DNA of 39,803 nucleotides from Escherichia phage HC13: the sequence record OL362276.1; one strand, written 5' to 3'. The position numbers were made by a program, and so were the translations under genes. Positions 1 to 6,547 of the stretch are shown one piece after another (the first letter of the stretch is position 1; each line of letters starts with the position of its first letter). Under the pieces are notes generated by a model. It was not told the origin of the DNA. It worked only from the letters and a program-made list of their open reading frames with translations, and searched no databases.

Positions 1-175
1 TCTCACAGTTCAAGAACCTCAAGTCTCCCCATAGGCCCTCTTTCAGTCAGACTCAAGGCCCTACCCCAGTCTATCATAAGGTTGGACCGATGGTCAAGAC
101 GTCAGATCAACGATAGGTTTAGTCTATGGCTTAGGGAAGGACGATAGGTAGGGACTATGGGTCTTCTTTGAGTCT

Positions 176-184
176 CTATCTGTA
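176..184 (+). promoter_or_regulatory. Possible T7-type concatemer-junction pause/termination signal (ATCTGT)
   Basis: Sequence tctATCTGTa lies just upstream of the left-end short-repeat array, the same relative place as the ATCTGTT pause site near the end of the T7 terminal repeat (recollection). Single short motif only. Confidence 0.25.
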
Positions 185-315
185 TAACCATAAGTCACAA
201 CCATAGGTCACAGCCTACCTCTCACAACCATAAGTCATAACCTACAGTCTCACTAACCTACAGTCTCAACCATAAGACACCAACACCTACAGTCATAGAC
301 CTACAGTTAATAGAC
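185..315. repeat. Left-end array of short direct repeats (ACCATAAGTCA / ACCTACAGTC units)
   Basis: Read directly: about ten reiterations of CCATAAGTCA / CCTACAGTC-like units. Analogous to the short repeats that flank the terminal repeat in T7. Confidence 0.6.
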
Positions 316-420
316 ACAAGGCTATAGACTTAAGGTCTAAGACATGTTAGTCAAAGACTATATCCTCTTAGTCACTATGGGGCCGACGATAGCTTAATCA
401 ATATTATTTAAGATTACCTA

Positions 421-452
421 TTGACTACAGGTCCAGACTATGGCTTAATAGC
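421..452 (+). promoter_or_regulatory. Candidate minor host (sigma70) early promoter
   Basis: TTGACT at 421-426 followed about 18 nt later by a weak -10-like TTAATA. Position is homologous to T7 A1, but the -10 is poor. Confidence 0.25.
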
Positions 453-561
453 TTCCGTCAACACGACACGGCAACAACCGGATAGTGAAGACGCCGGGTC
501 ATCCCGGTTAAGTAGACAGCCTGATAAGTCATACGAACAACAGGCAGATGACAGAAAGTAG

Positions 562-598
562 TTGACAAGATGTACCGACTTAAAGTAGTATGTACCAC
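562..598 (+). promoter_or_regulatory. Strong host (sigma70) early promoter, T7 A2/A3-like
   Basis: TTGACA at 562-567, 18-nt spacer, TAGTAT at 586-591, then GTACCACAT. The flanks (CCGGTTAAGTAGACAGCCTGATAAGTC upstream) closely resemble the T7 A2/A3 promoter region as I recall it. Confidence 0.55.
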
Positions 599-708
599 AT
601 CAACACGAAACAACGACCGAAACGGTCTACCTGAAGTCCTCTGACTGAAGGGAATGCTCTTTAACAATCTGGATAAACTCTTAATGTGCGCCGATAGCGA
701 CTAACTAC

Positions 709-751
709 AGGGCCTTTGAGTCTACATCTGAAGGCCCTGACTGATAGTCAC
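709..751 (+). promoter_or_regulatory. Early-leader hairpin plus GACTGATAGTCA element (candidate RNase III site R0.3)
   Basis: AGGGCC (709-714) pairs with GGCCCT (733-738). It is followed by CTGACTGATAGTCAC, and the same GGCC..TGACTGATAGTCA element recurs at 1647-1671 before the next early gene. Confidence 0.35.
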
Positions 752-783
752 TAACACATAATTAACTTTGAGAGGATATAACT

Positions 784-1293
784 ATGGAACGTAATGCTAA
801 CGCATACTATGAGCTGCTGGCTGAAACCGTTGAGGTATTTATCGAGCGTATTCAGTACGACCACCTGACTCAAGATGACGACTACAGCACTGCGCTGCAT
901 GAGGTCGTAGACGGTCAGGTTCCACACTATTACCACGAGATTTTTACGGTGATGGCTGCTGATGGTATAGACAACGAGTTCGAAGACTCTGGGATGATAC
1001 CTGAAACCAAGGACGTAACGCGTATCCTACAAGCTCGCATCTATGAGGCACTTTATAACGACGTGTCTAATAGCTTGGATGTAGTCTGGTTTGAGGATGA
1101 AGAGGCAGACGAAGAGGATGAATATTGGGTAGTTGACGCTAAAACAGGCGCAATAATTGTGCAAGCTGTAGCTCTTGAGGTCGCTACTGCATGTGCCAAG
1201 GTTAACTATGAGGCAGGTCGCCACCTGAAGGTGGAAGACATCAATGATAACGTAGTGTTCGACCCTGCGTCTGCTGAGGAGGACTGCCAGTAA
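784..1293 (+). CDS. 0.3: Ocr-like DNA-mimic anti-restriction protein (gene 0.3) with an extra C-terminal extension
   Basis: 169 aa. Residues about 20-100 ([66 protein letters not shown]) align with T7 Ocr as recalled ([66 protein letters not shown]). SD GAGAGGA upstream. First gene after the early promoters. Confidence 0.85.
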   Translation: [169 protein letters not shown]

Positions 1294-1478
1294 TGAGCAA
1301 GATATACGCAATATACTATGTCGTGCCTAACTCATGGGGAGATGACCACATCCTGCAGGAGCCTTGTTATTATAACGAGGATGAGGCAAAACAGGCACTA
1401 GCGGAAGCCCAAGCGGAAGCCAAAGACCCTTGGTCTGGCGTGTATAAGGCCTACATGGAGGTTATACAAGTTGTCTAA
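1293..1478 (+). CDS. Hypothetical early protein (61 aa)
   Basis: ATG overlaps the Ocr stop (TAATGA). Same-strand early position; no recognisable motif. Confidence 0.5.
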   Translation: MSKIYAIYYVVPNSWGDDHILQEPCYYNEDEAKQALAEAQAEAKDPWSGVYKAYMEVIQVV

Positions 1479-1646
1479 AACTTATGGTCTCTGCCAGCAC
1501 CACGTCACCAACGCCCGGCTTATAGTCAAGACCGGGCGGTTAAACCACGATGCGACTATGCGTCACCTGAAAGCGGTCTACGAGGGCCGCAAGCGTATAC
1601 ACGACAGTTTACACGCTAAGTGACAGACTACAGGTCATCAATGCTG

Positions 1647-1671
1647 GTGGCCTGACTGATAGTCATTAACA
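1647..1671 (+). promoter_or_regulatory. Conserved early 5'-UTR element GGCCTGACTGATAGTCA (candidate RNase III site R0.5)
   Basis: Near-identical to the element at 735-751. Both sit about 35-45 nt upstream of an early start codon. Confidence 0.3.
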
Positions 1672-1686
1672 ACTGAGAGGGAAGAT

Positions 1687-1914
1687 ATGCACACAATCAC
1701 TGGTGCCATAACCAAAGGTTTTCGAGCGATTTTCGGTGAAACGCAAGAAGTATGCACCAATCATAAATTCGTACTTTCTTGCGTAGCAGGTGACGAGTTT
1801 GACGGGTTCGATAAACTGGTGGTTTGCGACCATTGCGGACAAGAGGCTATCCAACACTCAAACGGTAAATTTGAATTAATAGACGATAGCCTTACAGAAG
1901 GAGACGGCGAGTAA
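1687..1914 (+). CDS. Hypothetical early protein (75 aa) with Cys-x2-Cys and possible zinc ribbon
   Basis: SD GAGAGGGAAG upstream of ATG. Contains C..C and CDHC spacing suggestive of a small zinc-binding fold. Confidence 0.5.
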   Translation: MHTITGAITKGFRAIFGETQEVCTNHKFVLSCVAGDEFDGFDKLVVCDHCGQEAIQHSNGKFELIDDSLTEGDGE

Positions 1915-2046
1915 CCTAAATAAACAGGAGAGAACCAAATCATAGCTTGACCATAACACTGACGTGATGGTACTGAGTGATAGACGAGAGGTCATCGACT
2001 GATAGGTGGCCTCAAAGATTACCACTTACATTGATAGGAGTTAACT

Positions 2047-2151
2047 ATGAGCACTGCAATCATCTGGACTATCTCAGGCTTCGTAGCGTGGGGAATGTTT
2101 ACTCTAGTCTGCAAACTACCGGTCCTTACTCAACTGTTATGGGGCTTATGA
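2047..2151 (+). CDS. Small hydrophobic peptide (34 aa)
   Basis: My own translation: MSTAIIWTISGFVAWGMFTLVCKLPVLTQLLWGL. AGGAG six nt upstream of ATG. Too short for the ORF track. Single predicted TM helix. Confidence 0.4.
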   Translation: MSTAIIWTISGFVAWGMFTLVCKLPVLTQLLWGL

Positions 2152-2351
2152 CTATGAGTATCGCACTATTGATAGCCATAGGCTATGGACTTATCGCCTA
2201 CGTGCTGGTGAGAGACATCAACAAAGCGCGTAAAGTCTACAAATTCAACTATGTACGTCTGGGTAGCTGGACTGTACGTCAACCTAACGGACGATTCATG
2301 CGTAACTTAGCGAACGTCTGGGATATAGCAACACTTGGGAGCAAACTGTAA
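2148..2351 (+). CDS. Hypothetical small membrane protein (67 aa)
   Basis: In frame with track ORF 1977..2351, but I start it at the ATG overlapping the upstream stop (ATGA). Hydrophobic N-terminus SIALLIAIGYGLIAYVLV. Start uncertain. Confidence 0.4.
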   Translation: MTMSIALLIAIGYGLIAYVLVRDINKARKVYKFNYVRLGSWTVRQPNGRFMRNLANVWDIATLGSKL

Positions 2352-2677
2352 TGAACAAGTCATACGGGATTAATCTGGTACACTCTATGGACGCAGACAT
2401 GCAAATGTTAAGCCTACTGGCTACCGGGTATCGTCACGGGACGTCAAGTCACTCCGCACGTCAACAGCAGGAGCGGGACCGGGTACTGCAAGCAAGACTC
2501 CGGGCTGAGGGCCATAAGTCCGAACTAATGTGTCTGGCGTATGGTGGACGACCAATCACTGACGATGGTAAACTTTTAGTCTCAGGCTGGAAGGCGATAG
2601 ACCAGCGGTCAACCATCAAGCACACGACTCATGGTGACTTCAGTCATCTCCACGCTAACCCGCTGATATGCAAGTAA
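2351..2677 (+). CDS. Hypothetical early protein (108 aa), occupies the slot of T7 gene 0.7
   Basis: ATG overlaps the previous stop. No kinase motifs. Last ORF before the RNAP gene. Confidence 0.5.
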   Translation: MNKSYGINLVHSMDADMQMLSLLATGYRHGTSSHSARQQQERDRVLQARLRAEGHKSELMCLAYGGRPITDDGKLLVSGWKAIDQRSTIKHTTHGDFSHLHANPLICK

Positions 2678-2682
2678 TTCTG

Positions 2683-2706
2683 ACTTAACTATCACTATAG
2701 GACTCA
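2683..2706 (+). promoter_or_regulatory. Phage RNAP promoter (TTAACTATCACTATAGG, +1 about 2700) upstream of gene 1
   Basis: Matches the 11-copy promoter family in this window. Architecture is that of T7 promoters (..CACTATAG G..). Confidence 0.7.
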
Positions 2707-2774
2707 AGGTCTAAGACTCCAAGTGAAAGACCAAAGAGACTTTAAGTGAAAGACTAATAACAAGGACTTTAAGT

Positions 2775-5456
2775 ATGAGCGTCATCTCTATTGACAAGCA
2801 CGACTTCTCTGATGTGTCGAACGCCATTGAGCCGTTTAACCTACTGGCTGACCACTACGGGCAAGACCTTGCAGTCAAACAGCTTCAGCTTGAGCACGAG
2901 GCATACACTGAAGGCGAGCGACGTTTCATCAAGAACCTTGAGAGACAGACTGAGCGAGGGGAACTGGCAGACAATCAGGTCGCCAAGCCTTTGATGCAGA
3001 CTCTGGTCCCTAAGATTGCGCAAGCCGTCAAGGAGTGGCATGAAGGTCCAGACGGGAAGCTGTCAACCTCTCGTCCTAGCGTAGCGTTCACCGTGTTGAG
3101 CACTGAAGAGAAGGCCGTCAAGGACCGCTCTATGCGCATCTCCTGTGAGTCCGCTGCGGTTATCATACTGAAGGTCATACTCTCCAAGCTGGTCAAGCCT
3201 GAAGGGATACCGATTACACCGATGGCCTCCGCGATAGGTCGCACACTTGAGGACGAAATCCGCTTCGGTCGCATCCGTGACAAAGAGAAAGAGCACTTCA
3301 AGAAGGCGATAGCTGATAACCTGAATAAGCGGGCCGGGGCGTCATACAAGAAAGCCTACATGCAAGCGGTCGAGGCGTCCATGCTGGAGCAAGGCCAACT
3401 GGAAGATGCGTGGGGGACTTGGAGTCCTACAGAGGCTGTCCACGTTGGCATCAAGATGCTCGAGATTGTCATCCAGTCAACACAACTGGTCGAGCTTAAG
3501 CGGTATGGTGCTGGTAATGCAGCGGCTGACGTAGAGATGGTCCACCTGTCAGACTTCTGGGTCAAGAAGATGGCACAACGAGGATTCAGCCTTGCGGGTA
3601 TAGCTCCAGTCTACCAGCCTTGCGTCGTTCCACCTAAGCCGTGGACTGGTGTCGTAGGCGGTGGGTACTGGGCCAAAGGACGCAGACCATTACCACTGAT
3701 TCGCTTAGGGTCTAAGTCTGCGGTAGCACGCTACGAAGACGTGTATATGCCTGAAGTCTATGACGCTGTGAACATCATTCAGAATACACCTTGGAAAGTG
3801 AACAAGAAGGTTCTGGAAGTGGTGAACATGGTCGAGAAGCTGAACAACACGCCTATTGATGACATCCCTCAGATGGAACCGCTGAAGCCTGAGGACTATG
3901 CGGGTGAGACTGAAGAAGAACTCAAGGCATGGAAGAAGGCTGCTGCTGGTATCTATCGCCGCGAGAAGGCCAGACAGTCACGAAGATTGTCACTGAGCTT
4001 TATCGTCAACCAAGCGAACAAGTTCTCTCAGTTCAAGGCCATCTGGTTCCCGTATAACATGGACTGGCGCGGTCGCGTCTACGCTGTGCCGATGTTCAAC
4101 CCTCAGGGTAACGACATGCAAAAGGGTCTTCTGACTCTGGCAGTCGGTAAGCCTATTGGTGCTGATGGTTTCAAATGGCTGAAGGTCCACGGTGCAAACT
4201 GCGCGGGTGTCGATAAAGTCACCTTCGAGGAGCGTATCAAGTGGGTGGAAGATAACCACGACAACATCATGGCTGCTGCCAATGCACCGATGGATAGCAT
4301 TGAGTGGTGGGGCAAGTTAGACTCTCCGTTCTGCTTCCTAGCGTTCTGCTTCGAGTATGCTGGCGTAATGCACCACGGCTTGTCTTACTCCTGCTCGCTG
4401 CCGATAGCGTTCGATGGGTCCTGCTCTGGGATTCAGCACTTCAGCGCTATGCTTCGCGACCACATCGGTGGACATGCAGTAAACCTGACGCCATCCGGTA
4501 AGGTCCAAGACATCTACCGCATCGTGTCTGACCGCATTGAGGAGGAGCTTAAAGTCCTACTGGTTAACGGTACGGACAACGAGATGGTAACTCACGAGGA
4601 CAAGAAAACTGGTGAGATTACCGAGCGTCTCAAGCTGGGGACACGAGAGCTTGCCCGTCAGTGGCTGACCTACGGTATGTCACGAAAGGTCACTAAGCGT
4701 TCGGTCATGACTCTGGCCTACGGGTCGAAAGAGTACGGCTTCGCAGACCAAGTTTACGAGGACATCGTGATGCCAGCGATTGACTCAGGGTCTGGCGCTA
4801 TGTTCACTGAACCAAGCCAAGCATCTCGCTTCATGGCTAAGATGATTTGGGAAGCTGTGAGTGTGACCGTAGTTGCTGCGGTTGACGCGATGAAATGGCT
4901 TCAGGGTGCTGCCAAGCTGCTTGCTGCTGAAGTGAAGGACAAGAAGACTGGAGAAATCCTGAAGCCTTGTCTTCCGGTACACTGGGTCACACCTGATGGT
5001 TTCCCTGTCTGGCAGGAATACCGCAAGAAGGACACCACTCGTCTGAACCTGATGTTCTTAGGGTCATTCAACCTTCAGCCTACCGTCAACAAAGGCACGA
5101 AGAAAGAGCTGGACAAGCACAAGCAGGAGTCAGGCATTAGCCCGAACTTCGTCCACTCACAAGATGGTAGCCACCTGCGGAAGACTGTAGTCCACACTCA
5201 CCGCAAGTATGGCGTGATGTCATTCGCAGTGATTCACGATAGCTTCGGGACCATCCCTGCTGACGCTGAGTATCTGTTCCGTGGTGTCCGTGAGACGATG
5301 GTCGAGACATACCGCGATAACGATGTGCTGCTTGACTTCTACGAGCAGTTTGAATACCAGCTTCATGAAAGCCAGCGCGACAAGTTGCCTGAGCTTCCGA
5401 AGAAAGGTAAACTGAATATCGAAGACATCTTGTCTTCAGACTTTGCATTCGCTTAA
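2775..5456 (+). CDS. 1: Single-subunit DNA-directed RNA polymerase (T7 gene 1 homologue)
   Basis: 893 aa, aligns end to end with T7 RNAP as recalled (ANQFKAIWFPYNMDWRGRVYA, HGANCAGVDK, DGSCSGIQHFSAM, KRSVMTLAYGS, NFVHSQDGSHLR, IHDSFGT, C-terminal SDFAFA). Confidence 0.97.
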   Translation: MSVISIDKHDFSDVSNAIEPFNLLADHYGQDLAVKQLQLEHEAYTEGERRFIKNLERQTERGELADNQVAKPLMQTLVPKIAQAVKEWHEGPDGKLSTSRPSVAFTVLSTEEKAVKDRSMRISCESAAVIILKVILSKLVKPEGIPITPMASAIGRTLEDEIRFGRIRDKEKEHFKKAIADNLNKRAGASYKKAYMQAVEASMLEQGQLEDAWGTWSPTEAVHVGIKMLEIVIQSTQLVELKRYGAGNAAADVEMVHLSDFWVKKMAQRGFSLAGIAPVYQPCVVPPKPWTGVVGGGYWAKGRRPLPLIRLGSKSAVARYEDVYMPEVYDAVNIIQNTPWKVNKKVLEVVNMVEKLNNTPIDDIPQMEPLKPEDYAGETEEELKAWKKAAAGIYRREKARQSRRLSLSFIVNQANKFSQFKAIWFPYNMDWRGRVYAVPMFNPQGNDMQKGLLTLAVGKPIGADGFKWLKVHGANCAGVDKVTFEERIKWVEDNHDNIMAAANAPMDSIEWWGKLDSPFCFLAFCFEYAGVMHHGLSYSCSLPIAFDGSCSGIQHFSAMLRDHIGGHAVNLTPSGKVQDIYRIVSDRIEEELKVLLVNGTDNEMVTHEDKKTGEITERLKLGTRELARQWLTYGMSRKVTKRSVMTLAYGSKEYGFADQVYEDIVMPAIDSGSGAMFTEPSQASRFMAKMIWEAVSVTVVAAVDAMKWLQGAAKLLAAEVKDKKTGEILKPCLPVHWVTPDGFPVWQEYRKKDTTRLNLMFLGSFNLQPTVNKGTKKELDKHKQESGISPNFVHSQDGSHLRKTVVHTHRKYGVMSFAVIHDSFGTIPADAEYLFRGVRETMVETYRDNDVLLDFYEQFEYQLHESQRDKLPELPKKGKLNIEDILSSDFAFA

Positions 5457-5471
5457 CAGGAGGAGAAGTAT

Positions 5472-5702
5472 ATGTCAATGAAACTTGTAGCACACAACAG
5501 AGTATTCAACGATGGGTCGGGACGTTGCCATGTAGAGCTGACTTATAAGGATTTAATCATTCTCCGAGACAGATTACAGTCGGGTGTGACTGGGTGGATT
5601 CAACCTAACGAGTACAACCTTATAGCTTCGATTGATGAAGTTCTTAACGCGTGGATGGAAGACGAGCGAATTCAGTATCCGTCATTCCCTCTAATTAGAT
5701 AA
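5472..5702 (+). CDS. Hypothetical protein (76 aa)
   Basis: Strong SD AGGAGGAG upstream. Sits between gene 1 and 1.1; no recognisable motif. Confidence 0.5.
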   Translation: MSMKLVAHNRVFNDGSGRCHVELTYKDLIILRDRLQSGVTGWIQPNEYNLIASIDEVLNAWMEDERIQYPSFPLIR

Positions 5703-5712
5703 GGAGAGAGTT

Positions 5713-5928
5713 ATGAAATTTGCACACAAGCATACTGGCGTTAATGGTGGGACTCAAATCGTGACCGTAACAGAACACAACGGCAAGGGTATGGTGAAGA
5801 CCACGGTCATACCTACCGAGATGTCCAAGCAGCTTAACATCCCGTTCAAGACTCTTGTATATCTGGTCGAGTCCAGCCACGAGAAGTACCTGAAGGACGC
5901 AGTGTCCAAGCTGGAGCAGGCCAAATGA
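5713..5928 (+). CDS. Hypothetical protein (71 aa)
   Basis: SD AAGGAGAG upstream of ATG. No recognisable motif. Confidence 0.5.
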   Translation: MKFAHKHTGVNGGTQIVTVTEHNGKGMVKTTVIPTEMSKQLNIPFKTLVYLVESSHEKYLKDAVSKLEQAK

Positions 5929-6002
5929 CAGACATACAGTTACTGGCCCTGTGGCTGGGAGCACTCGCAGTATTCACTTTAATCCAACGCAGAAGAGGTT
6001 AA
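5925..6002 (+). CDS. Small hydrophobic peptide (25 aa)
   Basis: My own translation: MTDIQLLALWLGALAVFTLIQRRRG. ATG overlaps the upstream stop (ATGA). Very short, speculative. Confidence 0.25.
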   Translation: MTDIQLLALWLGALAVFTLIQRRRG

Positions 6003-6003
6003 C

Positions 6004-6027
6004 CCTAAACTATCACTATAGGATTAG
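6004..6027 (+). promoter_or_regulatory. Phage RNAP promoter (TAAACTATCACTATAGG, +1 about 6021)
   Basis: Promoter-family match. Position equals T7 phi1.1. Confidence 0.75.
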
Positions 6028-6070
6028 ACTCAAGGTCATGACTCAAAGTCGTGGCCTTCATGATTAACCC
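6022..6070 (+). promoter_or_regulatory. Putative RNase III processing hairpin (R1.1-like)
   Basis: Conserved UAGACUCAAGGUCAU ... GUGGCCUUCAUGAUUAA. Upper stem AAGGUCAU pairs with GUGGCCUU; internal loop and lower stem as in the hairpins at 13150 and 36801. Confidence 0.45.
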
Positions 6071-6099
6071 TAAATAAACACTACTGGAGATTTAACCGT

Positions 6100-6279
6100 A
6101 TGTATCAGAACACTATCAACTTCGAGCGCATCCGTGAACGTCAGCAGACTGAAGGTTACATCCCTAAGGGCCGCAAGCTGAACAAGACTAAACGTGGCGG
6201 TGGCATCAAAGGTGCTTTCCGTAATGCTGAAGGTAAAGACTCTCTGGTCAACCAAGAGAAATACTTCGTAGGAGCATAA
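6100..6279 (+). CDS. 1.1: Gene 1.1-like small basic protein (59 aa)
   Basis: My own translation contains KGRKLNKTKR, matching T7 gp1.1 as recalled. Below the ORF-track size cutoff. Confidence 0.6.
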   Translation: MYQNTINFERIRERQQTEGYIPKGRKLNKTKRGGGIKGAFRNAEGKDSLVNQEKYFVGA

Positions 6280-6283
6280 CCAA

Positions 6284-6547
6284 ATGGGCCGACTTTATAG
6301 TGGCAACCTCAACGCTTTCAAATCAGCGTGCAACAGGCTCTATCAGTTAGACTTAGCTGTTATATCTCAGGAGTTTCAAGACCATGTGTCAAGCCAAGAG
6401 TGCATGAAACTCAGGGTGGAGGACCGAGCCGGTAACATCTTCGCGCTTGAGACCTTCGCACACTACGATGAAGACGTGCTGTATAATACCGCAACCGACT
6501 ACCTCAACGGTCTCGCTGACCATCTCGACACATGGAGCAAAGAATAA
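6284..6547 (+). CDS. 1.2: gp1.2, inhibitor of host dGTP triphosphohydrolase
   Basis: MGRLYSGNLNAFKSA...LDLAVI...RVEDRAGN...HYDEDVLYN aligns with T7 gp1.2 (MGRLYSGNLAAFKAA...). Confidence 0.85.
   Translation: MGRLYSGNLNAFKSACNRLYQLDLAVISQEFQDHVSSQECMKLRVEDRAGNIFALETFAHYDEDVLYNTATDYLNGLADHLDTWSKE

Noticed and set aside
373-392. Partial promoter-like sequence AGTCACTATGGGG (phiOL-like)
   Set aside because: Matches only the CACTAT(A/G)GGG core and lacks the upstream TAAACTAT recognition part. Probably a degenerate or non-functional promoter.
458-667. 69-aa minus-strand ORF in the left non-coding region
   Set aside because: Overlaps the early promoter region, which is non-coding in T7-like phages. 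No SD, and transcription of this strand is not expected.
1977-2351. ORF-track start at 1977 for the 124-aa ORF
   Set aside because: The N-terminal 57 codons have no SD and overlap a separate SD-preceded 34-aa ORF in another frame. I kept only the downstream part (2148..2351).
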